Shown piece after piece: positions 38,901-52,499 of a stretch of 64,000 nucleotides of DNA (the stretch's first letter is position 1; each line of letters begins with the position of its first letter). This DNA comes from Mobula hypostoma (taxonomy: Eukaryota). The translations under genes were made by a program, and so were the position numbers. The stretch spans positions 94,304,001 through 94,368,000 of the forward strand of contig NC_086107.1 in NCBI RefSeq assembly GCF_963921235.1, in the 5' to 3' direction. A model generated the notes under the pieces. It did no database searches, was not told where the DNA came from, and worked only from the letters and a program-made list of their open reading frames with translations.

Positions 38901-41291
38901 AAATCTTCCTAAAGGTCCCTAACTGGAACTCAAAATTATACTGCTTGGTGATAATAAATACAAAGTTATCTTGACACTTGCAATTATTGTGTCAATAACA
39001 TAGATCACTCTTATAACTGAGTACCTTCTACAGAGCAGACTTGTACAAGGATCTGTCGTGTTACCATTCTCTAATCGTCTTTCCTTACAGTACCTGATAT
39101 CGAAACCAGAATCAGGTTTACTGACACTGACACGTGCTGTGAAATTTGTTTTCGTTTGCAACAGAAATATAATGCAATACATAAAAAATAGTAGTACTAA
39201 GTTACAATGAGGAATAAACAATAAATAGTGTAAAAAGAGAGTAAATAAGCAGCACATAAACGGAAGGATCCTGATGAAGGGTTTTGGCCCTAAATGTCAA
39301 CTGTTCACTCTTCTGACCTGCCGAGATTATTTTGTGTGTGTTGCTCTGGATTTCTAGAATCTCTTGTGTTTGTGTTCATGGACTATTCAGAAATCTGATG
39401 GCGGAGGGGAAGAAACCTGAACTGTTGAGTGTGGATCTTCAGGCGCCTGCACCTCACCACCTCCCCCCACCCCCCCCCCCGATGGTAGTAACAAGAAGGC
39501 ATGTCCTGGATGGTGAAGGTCCTCCATAATGGATGCTGTCCTCTTAAGGAATCTTTGGAAGATTCCGTGGTAGACAATTCCATAGTAACATTTTAACCAG
39601 GCCTGACTGTAGATCACCCCTCCTCAAACACAAGAAAATAGGTGCAGGCATGAGTCATCACGCTCTGCTCGTCCATCCCATCAATTAACAGGATCATGGC
39701 CAATCTATGGTGGCATCATCACTCTTCTGTGCCATTATTCCTAACCCCCTCCTCCCCAAATCCCTGATCTTTCAATATTCATCCACCTCCACTTGTAATA
39801 TTTCTAATGATCAAGCTTCCTTCATGGAATTCAAGAGATCCACCACCTCCTGGGAGGAGAAATTCCTCTGCACCTCAGTTTTAAATGACCAGCCCTTTAT
39901 CTTGTACCCAAATCCTCTTCTTCAAGACTCTCTCACTGGCAAAAACTCCACAAAGCCCTCTGTATATCTAAACTTTGAATAAGGTTACTTCAATTCTTCA
40001 AAACTCCAAGGAATATAGCTCAAGTTACTTGATTTCTTTTGGTAAGACAACCTTTTATCTTGGGAACTAGCCTGGTAGATCTCCTCTATGCTGCCTCCAA
40101 CATTACTACAGCTGTCCCTGGGTTACAAAAGGGCTCCATTCTTGAGAACCATTGTAACCCAGGTTTAGAAAGTTAAAAATGAACAATTAAATGTGTAGGT
40201 ATGGATCATGCACTGCTTTAACAGAAGAGCAAACAGGCACGAGAAGAGCAGCCACTTGACCTGCTGAGTTCCCTGAGTGAACAAATCACCCCCATACAGA
40301 CCTCTGAACAACCGGCACAGCAGCTCAAACCACTAATTCCTGCCGAAAATATCACCACCTTCTATGGCAACACACAGCTGCAGGGTCAGACTCTGACCAC
40401 ACGAGCTAACTCCAAATCATTTGGTTCACCTCACACTCACTTGTTAGAAAGTTAGGGAAGCTTAACTCTTCAAAAATTCTTTTAGAATTCATTGGAAATT
40501 TTAGTAAAGTCAAAAATTTGCAAGTCAAGGCCCATTTTCTCATTCATACGTAGAAACATCCATAAATCAGACTCTTATTACCAATGAAGGACATATATAC
40601 CTTCTTTATGTAAAGAAACTACAACAGGATTCGATGTGGGACTTCACCAACACCTCATACAATTACAACAAAAACTCTGTTCCTAGACTCCAACCTTTTG
40701 CAATGAAGGGTAAATTGCCATTTACTCAGTACTTATTGGACCCGCCTGCTGGTTTGTTGTGATACATGCAGTACAGCACCCAATTCACTCTAACTTCACT
40801 CCCCATTGTCTCGCTTAATTTGTCTAGAGCTTAATTTGATTATCTGCCTTTTGAGTTCTCCTACCAAAGTGCACGATCTCAAACCGCCCCACATTAAACT
40901 CCATTTGCAGGAATTTTGCTCATTCACTTAACCTACATCCTGTGCAAAATTACATAATCCTTATTAACAAGCGCCCCCCCCCCACCCATTTTTTCCCCTC
41001 ATCGGCAATCTGGAAATCCTATACCGTTCAGAATCCGATTTAGTATCACCAGCATATTTACTGTTTTGTGGCAGAAGTACAGTGCAAGACAAAAGTTACT
41101 AAAGCTACAAAAAAAATTAATTAATAGTGCCAAAAGAGGAATAGTGAGGTGTTGTTCATTGACTATTCAGAAATCTGAAGGTCAAGGGGTACAAGCTGAT
41201 CCCAAAACTGTGGCCCTTCAGGCTCCTGTACCTCCACTCACAACACGCTGGAGGAACTCAGCAGGTCGGGCAGCATCCGTGGGAAAGATCG

Positions 41292-41326
41292 GTCGACGTT
41301 TCGGGCCGGAACCCTTCATCAGGACT
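41292..41326 (-). ncRNA. Minimal type I hammerhead ribozyme motif on the POLD1 sense strand
   Basis: Minus strand reads agtc-CTGATGA-agggttccggccc-GAAACGTC-gac. Confidence 0.75.
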
Positions 41327-41333
41327 GGCGAAG

Positions 41334-41368
41334 AGTCCTGACGAAGGGTTCCGGCCCGAAACGTCGAC
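41334..41368 (+). ncRNA. Minimal type I hammerhead ribozyme motif
   Basis: gtc-CTGACGA-a-ggg(ttccgg)ccc-GAAA-cg-TC-gac: intact core, short helices I and II, palindromic ACGT in place of helix III. Activity not shown. Confidence 0.75.
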
Positions 41369-41480
41369 CGATCTTTTCCACGGATGCTGCCCGACCTGCT
41401 GAGTTCCTCCAGCGTGCTGTGAGTGTTGCTTTGACCCCAGTATCTGCAGATTATTTTGTGTTTACAATCCTGTACCTCCA

Positions 41481-42030
41481 TCCTGATGGCAGAAATGAGG
41501 AGAGGGCATGTCCTAGATGGTGAGGGTCCTTAACAATGGATGCTGCCTTCCTGAGGCAGTGTCTCTTCAGGATGTCCTTGATGGTTGGAGGGTTGTGCCC
41601 GTGATGGAGCTGCTGGCTGAGTCTACAGCCTATTTTGATCCTGCCGATTGGAGCCTCCGGATTGGAGAGGTAGTGATGCAACCAGTCAAAATACTCTCCA
41701 CCGTACATCGACAGAAACTTGTCAGTCTTTGGTGATACACCAAATCTCTTCAAACTCCTGATGAATGAAGTAGAGCCACTAGCATGCCTTCTTCATGAGT
41801 GTATTACTGTGTTTTGGCCCAGGATAGACCGCCTGCCGGCTCCCAGGAACTTGAAACTTCTCACACTTTCCCATCACTGACCACCTCAATGAGGACTGGT
41901 ACATGTTCTCCTGATCTCCCCTTCCTGAAGCCCAGAATCAATTTCTTGGCCTTGCTGATGTTCAGTGCAAGGTTGTTGCTGTCACACTATTCAAGCAGCT
42001 AATCTATCTCGCTCCTGTACATCTCCTTCC
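41481..42030 (-). mobile_element. Rex1/Babar-type LINE 3' fragment (continues to about 41030 across the insert)
   Basis: CLRKAASIVKDPHHLGHALSSFLPSG resembles the Rex1 C-terminal DPSHPGH.LF..LPSG motif. Confidence 0.78.
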
Positions 42031-43059
42031 TCCGGGTCATTAATATAAACAGTGAATTGTCTGGGGTGGTGGTAGAGGCAGATACGCAAGTGACATTTAA
42101 GAAACTCTTAGATAGGCATATAGATTATAGTAAAATGGAGGCTATGTAGGATGGAATGGTTAGATTAACCTTAGAGAAGAGATTCAAAGCTCAGTAAAAA
42201 TTTCTGGGACGTAGGGCCTGTACTGTACCAGAAGTGGCTATGCATCCAAAAAGAAATCTGGGGCAGAGAGAAAAAATAATACCAACAACTTGTACAAGAA
42301 GAGATGTAGCCAATCTCTTTTACTATCCATTAGACAAGATTTGGCTAGTCTGCTGCATGAATTAAAGTTCCAGGTATCAGCTGCTTTTCAAAACCTCATC
42401 CAAGTGAAAGTCAAGCCCAGCTGTACAATGGGGTGAGATACTTGCCTGAACAAATGTTGGCAAAAGTACATTTCAATCAACGTGGCAATGATTCATCACT
42501 GAAGAGTTAAATTCTCGAGTTGTGACACTCAAGTGTTGCGATGTTTTAACAGTTCCCATCCCGAAGGCTGACAAGAATCTTCTATCACACATGGCTGTGG
42601 TTTATTTTGCTAAGTTATACTAACCTCATGCTGTGGAGGGCACCCTGTAAGTGTGCCTGTGTTTCATACCCGTCCCATTCACAACTTAATTTAAGAATAT
42701 TGCAGTTTTTATTTACCTGTTTTATGTAAAAAAAATTACACATTTCCATATATTATGAAGAACACATTGTAAAAAATCATTTGTGCTTAAGTCATTGTTA
42801 TCCTGTGCAAAGATGAAAATCTATTTATTTTTCAGCTCAGCACAAGCTTGTCACTTATCAGAATCTTGCAGTCATATTTATTTTAAAAAAAATCTCTTGC
42901 ACAATTTACAATGATCTGATGACATTGTCCATTACATTTTTAACAGATCTTTGCAACAGCTTGAACCATGCTTGAACAGCTGTGACATTATATTAGAGAT
43001 CATTACAAAATGTTCATTACAAATATTCATTACAAAATGTAGTTGGGTCCAAAATTCTA

Positions 43060-43570
43060 GATTCCAAAATGTACCCTTCTGAAACATTTGGGTTGGCTCC
43101 TACTTGACTTAGTGACAGTTGTGTTGGACACTTGGCCAAGGAGGGGGATGAAGGACTTGACCCAAGATGAAAGTAATACTACATCGGCTAGTGTTAGAAA
43201 ACTATCCACAAGGATCCATGAATATCAGCTGGCTGTGAAGCAGCATGACCAACTCTCCCTAGCCTCTATCCATGAAGATAGAGGGGCACAAACTTGACTG
43301 GACATCTGTGACTGTCAAGGTGCAAGCACACACACGGCTGCAAGAGAATTCCCAGAAGCATGGTTTTCCGCAAACAATTTTGTAAACATGAATTCCTCCC
43401 CACGTCAGAACAGAATTTCTGAAATTGCATCCAATCTGCTGATTGAAAAGTATATAAAAGTCAAGCATTCGGAGGACACACCACTACCAACAGCACACTG
43501 ACGATGTTGTCTATCATGGTAACAAAACATTTGCAAGTAAATTGCTAAGATCAGTGAATAACTCAACCCT
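43060..43570 (+). mobile_element. Second Penelope-like lineage, GIY-YIG C-terminal remnant
   Basis: RKLSTRIHEYQLAVKQHDQLSL...AREFPEAWFS; its end is similar in reverse complement to about 35350-35440. Confidence 0.6.
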
Positions 43571-44052
43571 CTAAAAATGTCCCTAATGAATCATCCTCAA
43601 CTATCACTCTGGCAGTGCATCCCTGATGTACACAACACTCTGTAAAAGCCTCCTGTACCGCTGACCTCTCCCCTAAACCTTCCTCCATTCACCTTAAAAA
43701 GATGTCCTCTGGTACTAGCCATTGTTGCCCTGGGAAAAAGTTATTGGCTGTCCACTCTATGACTCTCATAATCTTGTACATCTATCAAGTCACGTCTCAT
43801 CCTCCTTCGCTCCAACAAGTCCTAGCTCATTCAATCTATACTCATAAGACATGTTCTCTAATCCAGGTAGCATCCTGGTAAATCTCCTCTGCACCTTCTC
43901 TAAAGCTTCCACATCGTTCCTATAACAAGGTGACCAGAATTGAATACAATATTCTAAGTGTGATCTAACCAGAGTTTTAGAAAGCTGAAATGTTACTTCA
44001 AAACTCCTGAACTCAGTCACTGACTAGTGAAGGCCAACACAGATATGCCTTC

Positions 44053-44634
44053 CGCCAGAGAAAGCAGGATCTCCCAGTGGCCACACATTTTAATTCCACA
44101 TCCCATTCCCATTCTGACATGTCTATCCACGGCCTCCTCTACTGTAAAGATGAAGCCACACTCAGGTTGGAGGAACAACACCTTATATTCCGTCTGGGTA
44201 GCCTCCAACCTGATGGCATGAACATCGACTTCTCTAACTTCTGCTAAGGCCCCACCTCCCCCTCGTACCCCATCTGTTACTTATTTTTATACACACATTC
44301 TTTCTCTCACTCTCCTTTTTCTCCCTCTGACCCTCTGAATATACCCCTTGCCCATCCTCTGGGTCCCCCCCCCGTCTTTCTTCCCGGACCTCCTGTCCCA
44401 TGATCCTCTCGTATCCCTTTTGCCTATCACCTGTCCTGCTCTTGGCTCCATCCCTCCCCCTCCTGTCTTCTCCTATCATTTTGGATCTCCCCCTCCCCCT
44501 CCAACTTTCAAATCCCTTACTCACTCTTCCTTCAGTTAGTCCTGACGAAGGGTCTCAGCCTGAAACGTCGACTGCACCTCTTCCTAGTGATGCTGCCTGG
44601 CCTGCTGCGTTCACCAGCAACTTTTATGTGTGTT
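44053..44634 (+). mobile_element. 5'-truncated Penelope-like element (GIY-YIG C-terminus + 3' region with hammerhead), 14-bp TSD
   Basis: TSD ACAGATATGCCTTC at 44039-44052 and 44635-44648; reads QDLPVATHFNSTSHSHSDMSIHGLLYCKDEATLRLEEQHLIFRLGSLQPDGMNIDF. Confidence 0.92.
44538..44573 (+). ncRNA. Minimal hammerhead ribozyme motif
   Basis: agtc-CTGACGA-agg(gtctcag)cct-GAAACGTC-gact. Confidence 0.75.
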
Positions 44635-46199
44635 ACAGATATGCCTTCTTTACTACCATATCAACTTGTGCAGCAACTACGAGGGACCCCGAGATCCCTC
44701 TGTTACTCCACACCAAATCCTCCATCTAACCTTGTACTCTGCCTTCAAGTTCCACCTCACAAAGTACCCCTGTATATTTCAAGATAGAAAGAGTAATCTG
44801 AGATGTTCAGAGGGTGGTCAAATATACCACTGATGTAGAACATCTTATCCTGTTCAACACAATTTTTGCTCAACTTAATTGCAACCTCATTGATCCCCTC
44901 CCTCCATGAAAATTTTGCAAGTCATTGGAAAACAGCTGCCTTCTCCCTACTTACATAAACATATTCTCAGTATTTTTTACTTATCTGTATTTGTACAAAT
45001 TACCTTTTACACACTTTGTTCTACTGTGAATGTCCACAAGAAAATGAATCTCAGGGAAGCACATGGTGACATATCAGTACTTCGCTAATAAATTTACTTT
45101 AAACTTTGAAAACAAACTTTAATGCTCACATACATACTGCCAGAGAATCACAAAGATTAAAGGTTGGAAGGGTGCACAGAGTTAGGACCAACTACATACA
45201 AGAGCAACCTAACTAGCGCCACTCTCCCAATTTCCATAGTTCAGCCAAATAATTCTAAACATTTATTCAGTGCCTACTTGAACGATATGATTACATCCAC
45301 TTTATCACTCCCTCCAAAGTGTTTTCTAGATTCAAACCACATTCTTTGTTAGAAAGTTTCCAAATGATAGACTTAGTCCCTTAGCTGTTGCGATTTTAAA
45401 CAGCTCCGTTCGATTACCTCTTAAGCACACACTCTTCCGGGAAGAAGTCCATTAACTTCTTCATTCTATTCATAGTCTGTTCTCCTATGACTCAATCAAG
45501 TAAATCTCTTCTGCCCCTCCATAAAGTCCTTAACATTTTTCCTGAAGTGCAGCATCCAGAATTGATCATAATATTCTAGTTGTGGCCAAACCAACAATTT
45601 GTAAAGAGTCATTGTAAATTCATTTACAGAATGCTGGAGATTAGGTCCTGATGAAGCATCTCAGCACGAACATCGACTATTTATTCCTCTTCATAGATGC
45701 TGTCTTGATTCCTCCAGCATTGTCAGTGTGACTACGCATTTCAAGGATTTGCAGAATCTTGTGTTTATAACTTCAGTTCCTCACATTCAATAACTATGTT
45801 TATAAAGCTCAGTATCCTATACAGCTTTACAATTACTTTTTCTAACCTGCCCAACACACACAGAAAGCCGGAGGAACTCATCAAGTCAAGCAGCATCTAT
45901 GGAGGGAAATCTCATGCTGGCTAAGGTTAAATCAGTTTTAATTTTATACCCTAAGCAGATGTCAGTTACTCCCCACAATAGTAGAGGTAGACAGAACACT
46001 GATTAACTTGTGCCAAGTACCTGGTTAGTCACCCATTAAGCCTGCACTAGATTCTGCTGGTAGATGGGCTCTTGCAGCCAGTTGCAGGTGTGGAAGGAAG
46101 TTGGTGGCCCATTTGGGTACATTTTCAAGTTAGGTGAGAAGAAGAAGGGGAATTAAATAGGGTGGGTGGGGGAGTAATTAAGGAAGTTTCTGTGCTTGA

Positions 46200-46400
46200 G
46201 CAACACATACAAAAAGCTGGAGGAATTCAGCAAGTCAGGCTGCATTAATAGAGTGGAATAAACAGTCGCTGTTTTGGGCCAAGATCCTTCACATTGTCAA
46301 CTGTTTATTCCCCTTCAAAGATGCTGCTTGACCTGCTGAGCTCCTCCAGCATTTTGTGTGTGTTGCACAAGGTTCCCAACACGTGCAGAATCTCGTGTTT
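46200..46400. repeat. Older Penelope-derived inverted repeat with deleted centre
   Basis: gctggaggaattcagcaagtcagg and cttgacctgctgagctcctccagc arms. Confidence 0.65.
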
Positions 46401-49400
46401 ATGGTTTTCAAGCTGCCCAACCAATTTCATGAATTTACATGTAGTTTCCCACAGCTCCCTGCAATCTTGAACCACATTAAGCACCATGTGCAATTAATTT
46501 ATTCTTGTCACATGTACCATAATACCATGGAACATGCTGTTTTGTATGCAATCCTTTCCAGACCAGTTCATCACCAACTAGGAAATACAATAAATATATT
46601 AGATTAATTTTTCCTTCAGGGATAAGCAATAAAACTTATATACATCTAATCTAAATTTATCTAATACATATTGCTTCTGCTAGTTCTTCCTGTGAGAATG
46701 ACAAACACGCATTTCTTGGTGCTAATTTTTACCTGCCTGATGTTCATCACTTCCACCAATTTAAATCCTCCATCTTTCTCACAGTTTCTCACATGGTTTC
46801 ATGTTTGGCGTCGACTGCAAATTTGGAAACTGCACAATAAATCATTAATATACTTTAAGAAAAACAGTGGTCCCTATAACTAGCTCCTAGGGACACCGCT
46901 ATGTGAATCAAGTTCAGATTTATTATCACCGACTTTGGCAATGTGAAATTTGTTGTTTTGCAGCAGCAGTGCAAAGACAAACCCACTATAAATTACAAAA
47001 CAAATAAATAGTGCAAAAATAAGGAATAATGGAGGCTCTGCACTTGGTGAATCAAGCAATCTCTGTTTATCTTGTTGGTAAGGGAGAGTCTGTTGCTGAC
47101 TCTCGAGTTGGAAAACTCGGGGAAAAAAAGCGACACGACAGACTTTAACATCGCAAATCAGCGAGTTGCTTTGTTATGTCTCCACTTTCGCTGTGAAGTG
47201 GGGGGGACTTCTCTTTCTTTTTATCAGGGGGGGAGAGAGAGAGAGAGAGAGAGAGTGCGAGCGAGCCTGTGGTATGTCGAATTGTCAGGAGAATGATTAG
47301 CTTTTGTTGTATGGCTGACCATGGTCTTTCTTGGGTGCTTTGCTGTTACTTGCTTGGTGGGTGGAGGGTGCTGATACTTCTTTTGCGATAGTGGGTGGGG
47401 GTGGGGGAAGGTCATTGCTTTGCTGCTGCTTTTGTATGGGAAGGGGGAGTGGAGGGGCTTTGGGGTTCGAACGTTTTGACTGTCATTCGGTCTTTGGGGC
47501 ACTTCTGCTTTCGTGGATGCCTGCAAAGAACAAGAATTTCAGTATGTATATTGCATACATTTCTCTGATATTAAATGGAACGACTGAATTATTGATTCAT
47601 GGACCATTCAAAAATCTGATGGCAAAGAGGAAGGCATCATTTCTGAATTGTTGAGTTTGGGGTTTCAAGCTGTGAGATACATCTCCCTGATGGTAGTAAC
47701 AAGAAGCAGAAATGTCATGGAAGGCAAGGGTCCTTGGTGAAGTACGCCAACATCTTGTTGCACAACCTCGTGGGGAAGGTTGTGCTTGTGATGGAGTTGG
47801 CTGAGTCTATGATCCTCTGCAGCCACATGTAATCATGTGATGCAACCAGTCAGATTGCTCTCACTGCACATCTATAGATATTAAGAGCAGTCTTTAGCGA
47901 TATACCAAATCTCAGTTCCATGCTGTGTGTGTTGGGCCCAGGATAAACCCGCTGAGATGCTGTCCTCCAGGAACTTGAAGTTGCTCACCCTTTCCACTGT
48001 TGACCCCTCAAATGAAGAATGGTGTGTGTTCTCCCCTCCCAACTCTCCACAATCAATTCTTTGGTCTTGCTGATGCCAAGTGTGAGGTTGTTGTGAAACC
48101 AATCATCCAGTCAATCTATCTCAGAGCTGTATGCCTCCTCCTCACCATCTGAAATTCTACCAACAAGGGTGTCACTGGCAAATTTATAGATAGCTGTGCT
48201 GAGCTAAGTAGTCAATAGTGTGAAGAGCGTAGAGCAGATTAAGCCTGCATCCTAGAGGTGTACCTGTTTTGATCATCAGTGAGTTGTTGTTACTGATCCA
48301 TTCTCCCAATACCCTTCAATGTAAAAGAAACCATTCAATGCTCCTGATAAGACACAAGAGATTCTGTAGATGATAGAATACATGAACAACACACACAAAA
48401 TGCTGGAGGAACTCCTGGCTTCTCCCCACTTCCTTTCCAGTCCTTTTGAAAGGTCTTTGCCTGAAATGCCAACTGTCCATTTCCATCTATGGATGCTGCC
48501 TGACCTGCTGAGTTTCTCCAGTATTTTGTGTCAGTACTCTTGATACTTGCAGCTTAGCCTATGTTCAGCAACATGAACATGCTACAGAGGACGTGTACAG
48601 ATGTCAGGCTGGCAAGCACTGTGGATAAGGACCAGCGAGGGATGAAGGCTGGTGGCCCACTGGGTCAGCTAGTACCCCTAGGCTGGCTGGACCCGAGATC
48701 AGATTTCCATGCGAGCAGGAGGCACAAGAGCTGGTGACCTTCTAGGTACACCAGTTGGCGAGAGTAAAGTTCACATTCTGTCATCAGTGGACCCAGAGTT
48801 CAGGGTCCCATCATTGACTGGTCCAGAGATCAAAACCTGGAGTTCAGGGTCCTATCAACCAAACATCTCCGGGCTGATACCGAAGATCGAAGCTGAAGGT
48901 CAATTGGAATTCTGAAAGCTAATTGTTGAAGTCCTGGATCTATGAATCTGAAGTTCACAAGGGAAGTCAGAGGCCCTTTGTGCACATCCACTGCGCTGGA
49001 GGGCTTGGAGGCCCGCCCTGAGGTTGGAGAACTTTCTATCTGGGCGTGTGGGTGGCAGGGAGGAAAGGGGCTTCTTTGTTGCTGTTGTTTTGTTGCTTGT
49101 TGTGTTGTGTTGTTCTGCCAAGCACTGTGGCATGCTACATTGGCGCAGGAATGTGTGGTGACAATTGCGAGCTGCCCCCAGTACATCCCTGGGTGTGTTG
49201 CTTCCTTATGCAAACAATGTACTTCAATCTATGCTTCAATGTACTTACATGTGCTAAATAACCTGAACCTTCTAACTACACTATTTCACCATTTTTATTC
49301 CACAAGTCTCTTCTGTTATCTTACTTTTCTGGAAGTTTACATGCCCAAGCCACAAAAATCCTCTCCATTACATTGATAATAAATAATACCGCAGCCATTG

Positions 49401-49884
49401 AAAAATTTTGGTAATCTATATTTAGTGAGAAGCAGCTACCCAAAGCATGTGAATGCTGTATTTTGTTCCTATCACTGCAACAGTATCTGTAAAGCAACTG
49501 CTTCCCTTTAACGTTTTCAGTTTTTAATCATCTGCCAAGAAGAAAAATTCCTGGAAGAAAAATACCACAGTATTATTTTGGTTCCCTTTCACAATTGTAT
49601 GCAGAATCAAAGTACTATTTTCTGGGGCTTATTCCTCTTTCTTCTCCTGCTCCATGATGTTGCACATTGCTCAAATTTGGAAAAAGATATTGGAATATTT
49701 GTTAGTGCTATTCCATATCCAAACGATGCAAGTTTTTGCAAGACTTGGACTGCTCACCTCCCCAGTTATTACTCCTCAACCAACAGGCTCTTCAAGCAGA
49801 CAGGATGACCACTCAGCCCAACACTGAATGGATTCCACAACCGAATAACTCACTTTGAAGGACACTGCAACAAGGATTCTACGA

Positions 49885-51285
49885 TTTCAGTCTCTGAAGC
49901 TGACATGCAGGCTGCCTTCAGGAGGGTGAACCCATAGAAAGCATCCAGACTGCACCGTACTTGACCACGAAGTAAAGACCTGTACTTATCGGCTGGCTGG
50001 TGTGCTCATTGAGATCTTTAACCTCTCGCTTCAGCAGCGTGTGGTACCCACCTGCTTCAAACAGGCTTCAATTATTGCCAGTGCCCAAGAAAAGCACGGT
50101 GACCTGCCTCGATGACTATCGCCCAGTAACACTTACAGGTGATGAAACACATCGGCTCCTGCCTGAGAGACAACTTGGATCAGCTCCAATTTGCTTACCG
50201 AAGCAAAAGGTCCACAGCAAATGCCATCTCATTGGCTCTACACTCAACCCTGGAACATCTGGGCAGCAAAGATGCAGATATCAAGATGCTCTCTATTGAC
50301 TACAGCTCAGCATTCCATACCATCATCCCCTCACCACTAATCAATAGACTCCAAGACCTTGGCCTCAATACCTCCTTGTGCAATTGGATCCTGGATTTCC
50401 TCACTTGTAGACGCCAGTGAGTTCAGATTGGCAACATCTCCACAATTTCCATCAGCACAGGTGTACCACAAGGCTGTGTGATTAGCCCCCTGCTCTACTC
50501 ACTTTAGACTTATTACTGTGTGGCTACACACAGCTCCAATGCCATGTTCAAGTTTGCTGATGGACACCGTTGACCAGAACAAAGGTGGTGATGAATTAGC
50601 ATACAGGAGGGAAATTGAAGATCTGGCTGAGTGGTGCCACAACAACAAACTCTCACTCAGTGTCAGCAAGACCAAGGATGGATTATTGACTTCAGGAGGA
50701 GGAAACCAGAGGTCCATGAGCCAGCCCTCACCAGAGGATCAGGGGTGGAGAGGATAAGCAACTTTAAATTCCTAGGTGATACTATTTCAGAGGACCAGTC
50801 CTGGGCCCAGCACGCAAGCACAATTACGAAGAAAGCAGTACAGCACCTCTACTTCCTTAGGAGTTTGCGAGATTTGGCATGACATCTAAAATTCTGACAA
50901 ACATCTATGGATGTGCAGTGAAGAGTATATTGACTTGCTGCATCACCACCTGATACAGAAACACCAATGCCCTTGAATGGAAAATCCTACAAAAGGTAAT
51001 GGATACGGCGCAGTCCATCACTGGTAAAGCCCTCTCCAATATTGAGCACATCTACATGAACCGCTGTCGTCAGAAAGCAGTGTCCATCACCAAGGATCCC
51101 CACAACCCAGGACATGCTCTCTTCTCACTGCTGCTATCAGGAAGAAAGTACAACAGCCTCAGGACTCACACCAACAGGTTCAAGGAACAGATACTACCCC
51201 TCAACCATCAGGTGCTTGAACAAAAGGGGATAACTTCACTTGCCCCATCATTGAAATGTTCCCACAACCAATGGACTCATTTTTA
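49885..51285 (+). mobile_element. Rex1/Babar-type LINE RT fragment
   Basis: [34 protein letters not shown] and [10 protein letters not shown]; frameshifted. Confidence 0.88.
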
Positions 51286-52499
51286 AATTTCACAGCCTGA
51301 TTCTAATTCTGGTTCATTCCAACTATGAAGGAAGGCAGGGTCCAAGAAAGCAGTCCTGTGGTGGAAGAGCTGCCAATGGAGCTGACAAGAGGTGGAGAGA
51401 GTTCGAGTGACGCAGGGCAGAGTATCGGCACAGAGCACTCTGAAGTTTTAAACAAGTTTAAGACCCTTTGCAATTTCTGTGGGTTGGAGGAGTTGGTGTT
51501 CCATCTTTATGGTTGATACAAAGCAATGTAGGTACAGTCATCTGCAACATGCCCCCTTCTCAATACTACCATTAAGGAGGAGGTATAGAAGCCTGAAGGC
51601 CCACACTCAATGATTCAGGAACAGCTTCTTACCCTCCCTCATCAGATTTCTAAGTAGTCTATAAACACTAGCTCATTATTTTGGTCTCTTTTCCACTGTT
51701 TATTTATTTTTTATATTTCTTTTGCATCTTTTTTTCCAGGTATTGCTCTGTACTGCTGCTGCAAAACAACGAATTTCATGACATACTATATGTCAATGAT
51801 AATAAACCAGATTCTAAATGATTCTGAAGAACTACTTGCCACAGGGAAAGCTGACTTAGTTACCAGCTACTCTGCAGTGAGTACGAGAAGTATATGCATA
51901 ATTCACTTAATAGCTAATGAAGCATTATCAGCAATTCACTCTTCCTTCCACCCACTTTTATGTCATCAGCAGTGATGCCCAACTTTTCCCCATCCTTAAC
52001 ATCAGCTGGCAGGTCATCTGTGCAGCAACCAAATGATAAATGAGGGGAACTGTCAACTATTGGAAACAGAAGGTTGGCAGGATCTGTTCTGAACAAAATC
52101 CCTTTTCTGAAACGCTCTCTGGGACAGCAAATACTCAAACTTTTATAAATGCACATTTGAGAGCATCCTAACATGCTGCTTCACTGTGTGGTATGGAGAC
52201 AGCACTGAGGGGGACAGGAGGGCTCTACAACGAGCACCTAAAAATGCCCAACGCTTCCCCGGCACCTGCCTACCCACCATAAAGGACATATATACAGAAA
52301 GGTGCTGGAAATGGTCAGAAACTTCACGAAATATCCCACCCTCCTTTATGAACTGTTTGTCCCAATTCCAAAGAACAGGGTACACAGCATCCACGCCAGG
52401 ACCACCAGACACAAAAACAGTTACTTCCCTCAAGTCGTCAAGATGATCGACACCTCCCCCATCAACCCACCCCAACACCATTAAATAGTCACTATATTG

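Larger units (their letters stand above)
41237..41467. mobile_element. Penelope-derived palindromic mini-element with 13-bp TSD
   Basis: TSD TCCTGTACCTCCA at 41224-41236 and 41468-41480; inverted arms 41235-41326 and 41334-41425 with 3 mismatches in 92 bp; inserted in a Rex-Babar 3' fragment. Confidence 0.92.
43575..44760 (-). mobile_element. CR1 3' fragment interrupted by a Penelope insert
   Basis: LVRSHLEYCIQFWSP...VQRRFTRMLPGL. Confidence 0.8.

Noticed and set aside
39268..39302. Additional hammerhead-like motifs here and near 8610-8645, 13890-13925, 37570, 45645 and 48440
   Set aside because: Core nucleotides are mutated (e.g. TAAA for GAAA, CTGCTGA for CTGATGA); treated as dead copies, not ribozymes.
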